Position numbers and translations under genes: made by a program. This document shows positions 36,880 through 57,689 of a DNA stretch of 64,000 nt, in pieces. The notes under the pieces are model-generated. The model did no database searches. It was given only the letters and a program-made list of their open reading frames with translations, and had not been told where the DNA came from. Every line of letters starts with the position of its first letter. The first letter of the stretch is position 1. The DNA comes from the human T2T-CHM13v2.0 reference genome, Homo sapiens: the NCBI RefSeq assembly GCF_009914755.1, contig NC_060930.1, one strand, 5' to 3'.

Positions 36880-37103
36880 ATTTAATAAATATATTTGTGC
36901 ATTTTAAAATTAGCATTGCAGTCTTAGTCTTTAAAAAAAAATAGATTTTTTTTTGGAGGGGGGGCATGATCCAAATTAAATAGCCTGTATATTTTGTTAG
37001 AAAATTATATTTAGAAAACTTTGATTTTATAAATAGATTGCAAATATTTCATGCTAAGGAAAACATGTATTTTGCTTTTTTTTTTTTTAAGAAACAAGGT
37101 CTC
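36880..37103 (+). repeat. Copy 2 of the ~220-bp intronic direct duplication (intron 10)
   Basis: Aligns colinearly with 35705-35921. Confidence 0.9.
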
Positions 37104-37204
37104 TTCAGAACTCTAGGTTATTAATATAGTTAAGTTCTCCCTTTTAGCAGCATGTGCATAAGCTAACCACTTATTTTTTTGCATTCACCTGAATTACGAA
37201 GTAT

Positions 37205-37345
37205 ATGAGAATCACTTGGAGAGCTCTTTCAAAATACATGTGTTGTGTTCCATTCTCAAATCTACTGAAACAGATTCACCAAGAATGGCGGCCCAAGCAT
37301 GTATGCTTTGGAAGAGTCATCAGATGATTCTGATATGATGCAGAA
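37205..37345. mobile_element. MER5-like hAT DNA transposon fragment
   Basis: agaatcacttggagagctctttcaaaataca...tctactgaaacagatt...ggcccaagcatgtatg...cagatgattctgat. Confidence 0.6.
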
Positions 37346-37682
37346 GTAATGAAAGTCTGATTTCATCAGAAACAGTGTAATGCTGCTGTGGTTTAGCTCC
37401 ACCAGCATACAATGACATCTTGGGAGCTTAGTAGCTGTTACTGCCTATTTGGGCTGGTAAACTGCCATTGTGCTCCAGAAGAAAGAATCGATATTTATAC
37501 AGGATTCCACAGTTTCCATAGTGAATCAATATCTATACAGGATTCTATTGGTAGAAATCATTCCAGTTATTGTTCTCATAGCAGTGTTATCTTCTTGACT
37601 TCCTCCAGCACTGACTTTTCATTATAATCCTTAAACATTTGGTCATTGTGGATTAGAGGTGAATCTCCCCCTTGTTGTTTAG

Positions 37683-37781
37683 AATTACCAGCAGTTGCAG
37701 AGAGATTTTATGGAGGATGATCACGAGCGAGCAGTGTCGGTGACTGCTCTATCTGTCCAGTTCTTCACCGCACCTACTCTG
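37683..37781 (+). CDS. UBR2: UBR2 exon 11a (99 nt, mutually exclusive): [33 protein letters not shown]
   Basis: gtttag|AAT...CTG|gtgagt; phase 0-0, open. Confidence 0.94.
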
Positions 37782-37851
37782 GTGAGTAGTGCTTGCCTTT
37801 TCTTTGTAACTGATAGCTGGCACTCCTTGCCTTTTTTTGCCTTCTTAATAG

Positions 37852-37950
37852 AACTATGAGCGTTTGCAGAGTGATTATGTGACAGATGACCACGACAGAG
37901 AGTTTTCAGTCGCAGACCTCTCGGTTCAGATATTCACGGTTCCTTCACTT
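37852..37950 (+). CDS. UBR2: UBR2 exon 11b (99 nt, mutually exclusive paralogue of 11a): [33 protein letters not shown]
   Basis: taatag|AAC...CTT|gtaagt; same length and phase as 11a, 19/33 aa identical. Confidence 0.93.
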
Positions 37951-38459
37951 GTAAGTACTGAAAGACTAGAAGAACTTTCTTGTTTTCCATTAACAGAGGC
38001 CTTAAAATAATAGAGAACTAAAGTCTGTATATTCCTGAAAAGAATAGTATTTTATTAATGGGTAATCAGACTTCAAACACCTTCACTATTCTTTTACTAG
38101 AATATAACCTTGAATATCAAAGTCATCTGGTAGGGGGGAAGTCATTTAAACTTAATTTATACTTTCTCTTCAGAGTAAAGGAGAGGGAAACAATCTACAA
38201 TTTTTCATAGTACTTCCCTGAGATTTTGAACTGATTAGTTCACATTAAGCCGATTGATTTCACAAATTATCCTTCACGTTAGAATTAGACAGCATATTGT
38301 ACACCGTCTCACAATTTGAGAAGTCCTCCTCCCACCTCCCTCCCAAAAGGGGAGATGTAGCTAAGGCAATTGAATCCTGATGATTGGATGGTCTTTTACT
38401 GAGCTTCACGAGTTGCCCATAAAGGCATCGTTATGTTTTAACGCTATATACATAATTAA

Positions 38460-39445
38460 AATTCATATTTAATTTGTTCAGCAAATTTAAGAAACACCTA
38501 TTTATTGGGCACAGTTCTAGACTTTGAGAATGTAACAGTAAACAATAACAAATGTGACCCTTCCCTCATCAAACTTACCATAGTGGGAAAGACTCACATA
38601 AATAATCAGAATCACAATGAAAATTCCGTTGGTTTGAGAGAAAATAACAAGAGACCTGTCCTTTTCCCACACTTCAGGGCTTTTCTAAGAAAGGTGCCTT
38701 TATGCAAGGGCATGAGGGAAGGTCCATACAAAGGAATGAGCAGTTGAGAAAACCTGGAGGAGTAGGGTGGAGCATTACCTCTTGGCAAATAGAGGAAAAC
38801 CAGGACACTTGAAGATCCTTGAACCTGGAGTGAAATTGTATAGGTTTAAGAGCATTTTATAGTTACTTTATTAATAAGGCATATTAAAAATAACTGAATT
38901 TTTCACCATATTACTTTTATGTTAAAGGATATATTCTAATACAGTGGAAGCTGACTGGAGTCTGTTTACCCATTAATGAGCTAGTATGATAGGCCAAATT
39001 AAGGATTTTTGCATTTTGTCTTAAAAACATGAGAAGGCATTAAAGAATTTTAAGTGGTATTTACATAATTACATTTGTGATTTTAAAAGATCATGCTGTC
39101 TGTAATTTGGAGAACAAATTGGACGAGGATAAAAGTGAGTGTGGGAAACCTAATCAGATGCTAAAGCAATGACCCAGGGAAAAATTGATGGTAACTCGAA
39201 CTGGGATGCTGAAAGTGGATATGAATCATGGGGGATATTTTTAGGTGGTGAAATCTACAGAACCGGCCAAGTGGGTTTGAGGGTTGTTGGACTTGCTGAC
39301 GAACTGGATGTCGGGTTTGAAGAAGCATAAGGATGATTCGCAAGCATCTGGCTTGCAGCTGAGTAGATGCTGTGCCACTTGCTGAATGATTAGCATTTGT
39401 AAAGAGGGAAAGTGATGCTTTTAGTTTAGTCAGGGTTGAGTTCCA
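38460..39445. mobile_element. L2 remnant
   Basis: cagcaaatttaagaaacacctatttattgggcacagttctagac; gaattttaagtgg...ttttaaaagatcatgctg; aggatgattcgcaagcatctggcttg. Confidence 0.65.
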
Positions 39446-39852
39446 GAAGCCTCTGAGATGATCCTGTGTGTATTCATATCTGTGCTTCCCTCCTTCATTG
39501 AACCATTTCCATGCCAGTACCACAGTTGTAATAATTATTTATAGCTTAATATCCCATTTTGACATCTTAAATCCCATTTCATTTGATAGCTTAAATCTCC
39601 TTTCATTATTATTTTCCAAAATGTTTTCGCTTATTCTTAGGCCTTTTTCAAAAAGATGAAGTAAAATCAGATTGTCAGTTACCAAAAACCACATTAGAAT
39701 TTTGACTGAAAAGACCTTATATTTGTAGATTAATTTAGGAAGCACTAACATCTTTGCAATATTGAATATCCCAACTAGGAATATAATTTGTCCTTGTTTA
39801 TTCAAATGTTATTTTATGTTCTTAGTAAAAACTTCATAGTTCTCTCGTTATG

Positions 39853-39856
<4 letters not shown>

Positions 39857-39897
<41 letters not shown>
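39857..39897. repeat. (TA)n microsatellite (~20 units)
   Basis: Direct observation. Confidence 0.95.
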
Positions 39898-39905
<8 letters not shown>

Positions 39906-39908
39906 TAG

Positions 39909-39947
39909 TTCTCTATCTCTGCTGGGCGCAGTGGCTCACCTCTGTAA
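39909..39947 (+). CDS. UBR2: Alternative terminal exon coding part ([12 protein letters not shown]), Alu-derived; would give a ~439-aa truncated UBR2
   Basis: (TA)n-T9-AG|TTC TCT ATC TCT GCT GGG CGC AGT GGC TCA CCT CTG TAA, phase 0; I recall this C-terminus from an annotated short isoform (unverified). Confidence 0.6.
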   Translation, partial: FSISAGRSGSPL

Positions 39948-40325
39948 TCCTAGCCAAGGCAGGTGGATCACCTGAGCTTAGGAGTCTGAGACCAGCCTGG
40001 CCAACATGGTGAAACCCCATCTCTACTAAAAATAGAAAAATTAGCCAGGCGTGGTGGCGCACGCCTGAGGCTGAGGCAGAAGAATCACTTGAACCCAAGA
40101 GGCGGAGGTTGCAGTGAGCTGAGATCAAGCCATTGCACTCCAGCCTGGGCGACAGAGCGAGATTCGGTATCCAAAAAAAAAAAGTTCTTGCTCTGTCACT
40201 CAGGCTGGAGTGAGGTGGCACGATCACAGCTCACTGCAGCTTTGACCACCTGGGCTTAGGCAATCCTCCTGTCTCAGCCTCCCAAGTAGCTGGGACCACA
40301 GATGCATGCCACCACACCCAGCTAG
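39921..40325. mobile_element. Sense Alu with internal deletions (39921-40183) abutting an antisense Alu right arm (40184-40325)
   Basis: Alu consensus on both strands, tail to tail with essentially no spacer. Confidence 0.88.
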
Positions 40326-40355
40326 TCTTAACATTTTTAAATTAAGCTTATATGG

Positions 40356-40422
40356 TTTATATTTTTGATGCTGTAGTAAACTTTTTATATTTTTGATGCT
40401 GTAGTAAACTTTTTATATTTTT
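40356..40422. repeat. Perfect 28-bp tandem duplication (tttatatttttgatgctgtagtaaactt x2.4)
   Basis: Direct observation. Confidence 0.92.
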
Positions 40423-40429
40423 AAACAGG

Positions 40430-44885
<4,456 letters not shown>

Positions 44886-44899
44886 CTCCTTATTGCTTT

Positions 44900-45573
44900 T
44901 GTAATTGCCCAACAGATTCTTTCTGCCCACTGTACAGATAAAATCAATTCACTGAGACCACGGCATTGCAGTACAGAAAGAGTTAAATTGACAGGAGGCT
45001 GGCCACACAACATGGGAGACAGAGTTTTTACTCAAAATCTCCCCCTGAAGGCTTGGAGGTTAGGGGTTTTCAAGTATAATTTGGTGAGCAGAAAACTAGG
45101 GAGTAGGTGATGCTGATTGGTTGAGGAGAGCATCATTAGGGTGTGTGCTGAGTCCACTTGTGGCTGAGGGTCAAAGGACTGGTTGAATTATGGATCACAA
45201 GTAATGCAAAGTCTGAAAAGGCATCTCAAAAAGGCCACTCTTAGGTTCTACAATAGTGTTGTTATCTATAGGAGTAATTGTGGAAGTTACAAATCTTGTG
45301 ATTGCTGGTTATCATTTAACTTACATCTTAGCATAATTCAGGCCCCTTTCATCATCTTAACCTTGTGGACTTTCATTAGTTTTATAAAGGCAGTTTCCTT
45401 TTGGAAAGGGCTATTATCTTCCTTGCTTTAAGGTTAAACTACAAATTAAATTTCTCCCAAAGTTAGTTTGGCCTACACCCCAGAATGACCAAGGACAGCT
45501 TGGAGGTTAGAAGCAAGATGGAGTCAATTATATCAGATTTCTCTTATTGTCATAATTTTGCAAAGGCACTTTA
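44900..45573 (-). mobile_element. ERV1 (MER4-group, LTR8/LTR26-like) solo LTR
   Basis: tgtaattgcccaacagattctttctgccc...ctcccaaagttagtttggcctacaccc...gtcataattttgcaaaggc. Confidence 0.75.
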
Positions 45574-45779
45574 CTCACTTAAATATTTGGAAGAATTCTC
45601 CAGTGTAACCATTTGGGCCTCAAGATTTCTTTCTGGAAATGATTTTATAGCCAGTTAAAATTTTTAATAGGACTATTCAGATTTCCTGTTTCTTGTTTCC
45701 CTTCTAATAACATGTTTTTTCTTGGGACTTTGCTAATTTCATTTAAATTTCCAATTACATTGATTTAAATGACACCTAA

Positions 45780-46550
<771 letters not shown>

Positions 46551-46766
46551 TGCCTTATTTTTCCCCTTTTATACATTTGCTTTGTTTTATTCTTTCCTTT
46601 TTTGTGTTTTCTTTAGATTTTGCCATTCTTGCGTAGTTTCTTTTCTTTCGTGACCACCAATGTAATTTCTTTATAGATTATTAGATCATTTACTTTCAGC
46701 CTTCTTTTCTGATGATTTAAGGCTTAGGTTTCCATCTAAGCATAATTTTAACTGCATGTCACAGTC

Positions 46767-47001
46767 TTGTTTGTGGCAAATGAGGGTTGTTTAGAAAGGT
46801 TTGTTTTGCAAGTTCAAATGAACTTAGGTAATAAAGGATGCCCCTTGCCTTCCTGGAAAGTGAGAGGACACTTTACAGAAGGGAAATGTATGCTCTCTTT
46901 TTACGGCTTCTCTTGTGTCTGCTGTCCTCAGTTGCCTTCGCTCAAAATAATCCTTATGCCAAAGTGGCATATTTTGGGGTGGCATATTCGAGTTCTCTTC
47001 A
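46767..47001 (-). mobile_element. MER34/MER31-like ERV1 LTR fragment
   Basis: Reverse strand begins tgaagagaactcgaatatgccaccccaaaatatgccactttggcataaggattattttgag. Confidence 0.65.
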
Positions 47002-47373
47002 GCTGATAGAGTGAGGTGGATCACTTTAGTCCAGTCAAGGATTTAAGTGTCTCCATGTTGTTTTGACAAGACTCAGTCTTACTTCTGCTTCATCCCCACC
47101 CCTGACACATAACTCCCTAGGGGTTCTCAATCGAGAGCCTGGAGTTCTTCCCTAGAATTCGAGTTTGTTCACTCTATAGGAACTTGTACACTAATCTTGC
47201 TTCCTTATATAACTTTAGAATTTTGTAAATGTCTTTAAGGAAAAACTGGAAGAACGTTGAACTCAGTTCCCCCTGCTCTTTTTCTTACTGGGATTCTGGC
47301 CTCTCCAACACCCTGGGACTGCTATAGTCTCAGCAAGTTTTTCTCCCTAATAATAGCAGTTCTGTACATATTT

Positions 47374-48447
<1,074 letters not shown>

Positions 48448-48789
48448 GTTTTTTTCTTGGGATCTTAAATCCCCTCTTACCCCACTCCCAGAATAGACAA
48501 ATGCTGAGGGAAAAGCAGCTGCAGAATGCTGGCTCACCTCCTTGTGCAGTTCCCTTTCTCCCTGGTTTTATCTCCTGGAGTCCTTGTCTCAGCAGCTCTC
48601 TAGTGATTTCAAACTTTTTTTTACTTTTATTAAGCGTTTCTAGTTGTTCTTGTTGGAAATGTTGGTCATCCTCAAGCTACTTCATCATGACTGAAAGAAT
48701 ACTTTTATAGTTCTTTAAAAAAAAAACAAAACTCTGTTAATAATTATTATGCACATCCCTGGTTAAAAATAACTTGCCCTAGATATTAG

Positions 48790-50103
<1,314 letters not shown>

Positions 50104-50344
50104 ATATATATAATTTTTTAGGGTAAGTGTTAAGTACAAGAAATATATACCAAGACTAAATACCAAATAATGTCTGGTATTTAATGTTGAAAATTACTTT
50201 GAAAGGTTAGCAACAATTTCTTAGCATAAGGTGATAAAGCTGAGAACCTAAGGTCTTTTATTTTTCTTTTCTGTTTGTAACTTTGAAATATGTGCTTCTT
50301 TTGTTATCTTTTAGAAGTAGAAATGCCTGAATAACTCCCCTGGT

Positions 50345-51544
<1,200 letters not shown>

Positions 51545-51769
51545 TTGTTCTACGTTTTGATGAAACTTTTTCTGTTGCTAATTACCTAATCTTGACTTAT
51601 ACGAGGCCTGTTTAAGTTGTCACCCAGCATCAATAACACTCTAGAATCCTAGGAGAGATTAGCTGTTGAGGCTGGAAAATGTCAGGGTGAGGATCCATGA
51701 TCTTTTGTATCAGAGTGCAAAATGAAGTATTCAAAGTAACATTAGACTTTCTGACTCTATTAGGGCAGA

Positions 51770-52430
51770 GATTAACACCATCAAAATGGCAAAGAGCAAA
51801 ATGTTTGAAGTTATATTGTGTTATGGAGGGCATGAGAGGGCATGGCCCACATTGTAGGTAGAAAGAGAAATTGTTGAGCCTCTTTGTGGAAACAATTTGG
51901 TGATATCATTAAAATTTATTATGTGCATACTCTTTAACCGATTACTTCCACTTTTAGGAAATTACTCTATAAATATTCCTACAACTATACACAGTGGATA
52001 TTTGTTGCAACATCTTTTTTAATAGCATAAAACTGGAAACAACCCAAATGTCTGACCAGTAAAAGCTTGGCTAAATAAAATCTGATACAAAAGTAGACCT
52101 GGTTAAAAAGAATGACGAGCATTTGTATGAACTGATATGGGACATTGTCCCATATCAAGTAAAAAAATGTACAAAACAATATAATATGCTATCTTTTGTA
52201 GGAAAAAGATAGATATACATACTTGTGTATACTTAATACACACTTTATGTATTTATACATTTTATATATGTGTGTGTATTATGTAGTATATACTCTGATT
52301 TTATATATATATATATATATAAATACAGGTTCTGTAATTATATATATATAAAATACACATACATATACCATCTCTGCAAGAATATGCAAGGAACTACGAT
52401 TAACAAGATTTGCCTTTAGAAAGAAGACCT
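51770..52430 (+). mobile_element. L1ME-type 3' fragment
   Basis: ctttgtggaaacaatttgg, ttccacttttaggaaattactct, aaactggaaacaacccaaatgtc. Confidence 0.65.
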
Positions 52431-52487
52431 CAGGAGCTAGGAGACTCCCTGTTGCATTTAGTATGATTTACATGTATTTGCTTATTT

Positions 52488-52519
<32 letters not shown>

Positions 52520-52547
52520 TATATGTACACACATGCACACACACACA
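52488..52547. repeat. Poly(A)-(TA)n-(CA)n compound microsatellite
   Basis: Direct observation. Confidence 0.9.
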
Positions 52548-52984
52548 AACAAAAAATAAATCTCAACTAAGGAAATAAAGAGAAAATATTGTTTCATACT
52601 GAGTTCTAGAGAATCTGTGTCGTAAACCTCTGGATCCTAGAATAACTATACCATACCATTATAGGTGTCTAAATGTCTCAGTTAAGGAAAATTTGCAGCC
52701 TGATTCAGAGCCCCCACCCTGAATTTATCTTTGAGTAATGAGCCTTGGAACTGTCTTCTAACATTCTGGCATCTTTCTGGCATCTGGTATAATTGTTGCT
52801 TCATACACATGGCAATTGGAGTAAGTAATTGTTATTTAGAAATACACAGTAATGCATTTATGATATATAGTTGTGTTGAAAAAGGTTTAAACTGAAGGAG
52901 CTAAACAATGTTGGTGACTTTTTTTTTAGTCTTCCTAGTACATAGTTTTTGATTACCATGCACTCTGATAAACTTTGTTTTTAG

Positions 52985-53148
52985 GCTCGAATGCTCATCA
53001 CAGAAGAAAACTTGATGAGCATTATCATTAAGACTTTTATGGATCATTTGAGACATCGAGATGCCCAGGGCAGATTTCAGTTTGAACGATACACTGCTTT
53101 ACAAGCCTTCAAATTTAGGAGAGTACAGAGCCTTATTTTAGATCTCAA
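52985..53148 (+). CDS. UBR2: UBR2 exon 12 (164 nt): [54 protein letters not shown](K)
   Basis: ttttag|GCT...CTCAA|gtaagt; frame continuity from either exon 11. Confidence 0.96.
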
Positions 53149-53237
53149 GTAAGTTTTCATTTAATTATTAAACCAGTTGCAATTTATAGAAAGTCAATGT
53201 TTATGTTAATTGCCACTGTCACTTTTATCTTGTTCAG

Positions 53238-53337
53238 GTATGTGTTAATTAGCAAACCAACTGAATGGTCAGATGAGCTGAGGCAGAAGTTCCTAGAAGG
53301 GTTTGATGCCTTTTTGGAATTACTAAAATGTATGCAG
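53238..53337 (+). CDS. UBR2: UBR2 exon 13 (100 nt): [33 protein letters not shown]
   Basis: ttcag|GTAT...CAG|gtatgt; 89-nt intron from exon 12. Confidence 0.96.
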
Positions 53338-53356
53338 GTATGTAAAAACTGTTACA

Positions 53357-55204
<1,848 letters not shown>

Positions 55205-55854
55205 TAGTTCCTAGGTTGGGTGGTAGTTCATGGGTGTTTATTATAATACTACTATGTTTTTCATGTATCTGTGAAAACAATAGCTACTTTGGTCATTTTT
55301 GATACTTGAAGTATTCTGTATTCTCTATTGTTTAATAAGTTCTGACATACTAGAATAGTTAGGCTAGTTTCTGAACAGTAATTTTAATTAAAAGCTATTT
55401 ATTGTTTTGCCTTCTTTCAGGCTCTGTGAAAACTTCTAATTGCATATTAGGACATAATATTAAAACTTTATTATAAAATACAGTTATAAATTCAATAACA
55501 TTTTAAAAGCTTGTCACATTTCTTTTAACAATTTTTTCTATAGACCATAGAGCTAAAAAGGAAGGATTATTGCAGTGAAATATTGAAGTATTTTATTGCC
55601 TAAAACAGATCTTAGATGATACCTCTGAAATAATGTGTTTATTGGGATTTCTAAATTTATATTTTAGAGAATGTTATATAAACACATAATTTTAAAAGCT
55701 ATTATTTCTCATAGTACTTGAAGTTTCCTGTTAAAACTTATACCTTCTATGTTTTTATAATCAATATATATTTCTCCTACATTACTTCTTAGGTTTCCAT
55801 ATAAAAGAACAACTATTATTTTCATTCATATATAATTTTTTCACTTCCGTTAAG

Positions 55855-55983
55855 GGAATGGATCCAATTACACGTCAAGTAGGACAACATATTGAAATGG
55901 AACCAGAGTGGGAAGCAGCCTTCACACTACAAATGAAATTAACACATGTCATTTCAATGATGCAGGACTGGTGTGCTTCAGAT
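55855..55983 (+). CDS. UBR2: UBR2 exon 14 (129 nt): GMDPITRQVGQHIEMEPEWEAAFTLQMKLTHVISMMQDWCASD
   Basis: gttaag|GGA...GAT|gtgagt; conserved RQ.G.HIE.E..WE..F motif of the UBR1/2 family. Confidence 0.96.
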
Positions 55984-56607
55984 GTGAGTTTCTTCTGGGT
56001 GCGGGGAATAGGAGGAAAGTGGAAGAGGGAGGAATAAGCAGAATCCTAAGTAAATTTCAAGGAGATCTGGAGAAAATAGTGGTGATACTTAGTTCATTAA
56101 ACAGCGTATTTTCCTTCTCCACCTATAAACTCAGTAAAATTTTAAAATTCTACAGCCTGAGGAAAAACTTGAAAAATAGAGAAAGAAATAATCCAGATTG
56201 TCTCTTCCCTAATGTAACTATCTTTGTTTTTTTTCCATAATCCCTTCTAGACTTTGAGGATATAAAAATGGTAGTTTCTAAATTTATTCAAAAATAAAGT
56301 TTTATTATTGGTACATTTGTCCTGTGTCTTAAAATTATTTTGGCCTTCCTTTGGCGATAAAGTCTAGATGAGAGCCTGTATACATTATGAGGTTAGGGAG
56401 GTTTCTGTAAGGTCTGAACAATCTGTAAAAGTTAATGGAACAATGAGTAAATGATATTCCTGACTGAGAAGACAGCTGCATTATAGTCTGTGATGACAGG
56501 GACTAGGGTAGTCCTAGGAGCTATAGAAAGGTCTGTGGTTGGAGCACAGAAGTAGAGAACAGAGATTTGGGCACAGGAGTGATTTTTCGGGGCCTTGGCC
56601 ATGGTTG

Positions 56608-56913
56608 TTTTTTTTTTTTTTTTTTTTTTTTGAGACACAGCTTACTCTGTTGCCCAGGCCAGAGTGCAGTGGTGCAATCCCGGCTCACTGCAGCCTCAAC
56701 CTCCCTGGGCTTAGGTGATCCTCCCACCTCAGCCTCCCAAGTAGCTGGGACAACAGGCACACACCACCACACCTGGCTAATTTTTCTATTTTTTGTAGAG
56801 ACAGGGCTTCGCCGTGTTACCCAGGCTGGTCTTGAATTCCTGGGCTCAAGCGATCTGCTTGCCTCGGCCTCCCAAAGTCTTGGAATTACCAGCGTGAGCC
56901 ACCACACTCAGCC
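56608..56913 (-). mobile_element. Alu (J-like)
   Basis: Full dimer, long T tail. Confidence 0.9.
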
Positions 56914-56957
56914 TGCATTTTATTTGAATTGAAGTGGGAAGCCTTTAGAGATTACCA

Positions 56958-57106
56958 TCTCTCTATTAAATTCCCTGCTTCAACTCTTGCCCCCTTTATC
57001 CATTTTCCATACAGTGACATGATTCAATTTACATGTTTTTTAAAATTGCTCTGTATGGAGAATGGATGAAGGGGGCAAGAGTCAAAGCAGGAATTTAATA
57101 GAGAGA
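56958..57106. repeat. Inverted repeat / hairpin: 57-nt and 56-nt arms, 36-nt spacer, at the edge of an L2 remnant (~57040-57360)
   Basis: 56958-57014 is the reverse complement of 57051-57106 with 4 substitutions and a 1-nt indel. Confidence 0.93.
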
Positions 57107-57445
57107 CGCTTGGCAATGCCTTGGAGTTACTAGAGATAGAGAAAAGTAGCAAGTTTTGAGAGAAACTTAGAAGATGAAGTTGCCAGCTTGGTAATAGATT
57201 GGACAATGGGGAATGGGGGAAAGGAGGGTATTGGAATAACTTCTAGATTTCTGCACTATATGAGTAAATGTATCATTCACTGAGATGAGGGACACTGGAA
57301 GAGGGACCAAATTTGGGAGGGAGGATTGAGTTTGGTTTTGCCTATATTGTTATTTGAGGTACTTACTCACTGAATTTAAGGTGCTTATTCAATGTTGTAA
57401 AAACTCAACCTTTTGAGTAACTTACAGAAAAACCCTCTTTTTTAG

Positions 57446-57629
57446 GAAAAAGTGTTAATCGAAGCTTACAAGAAATGTCTCGCTGTACTGATGCAGTGTC
57501 ATGGTGGTTATACTGATGGTGAACAGCCAATCACACTAAGCATTTGTGGACATTCAGTGGAAACTATCAGATACTGTGTTTCCCAAGAAAAAGTTAGCAT
57601 TCACCTCCCAGTTTCTCGCTTACTTGCAG
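57446..57629 (+). CDS. UBR2: UBR2 exon 15 (184 nt): EKVLIEAYKKCLAVLMQCHGGYTDGEQPITLSICGHSVETIRYCVSQEKVSIHLPVSRLLA(G)
   Basis: ttttag|GAA...GCAG|gtaaag; frame continuity. Confidence 0.96.
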
Positions 57630-57689
57630 GTAAAGCATTTCCCCTAAAATAAAACCCTAAAATTATCTTTTAAATTGTTGTTTGTGGTT

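Noticed and set aside
37596-38144. Possible long-range pairing tgacttcctcc (37596-37606) with gggggaagtca (38134-38144) across the exon 11 pair, as a docking-selector mechanism
   Set aside because: Only 11 bp including a G-U pair, so plausible by chance; it needs covariation evidence, and steric exclusion already explains the exon pair
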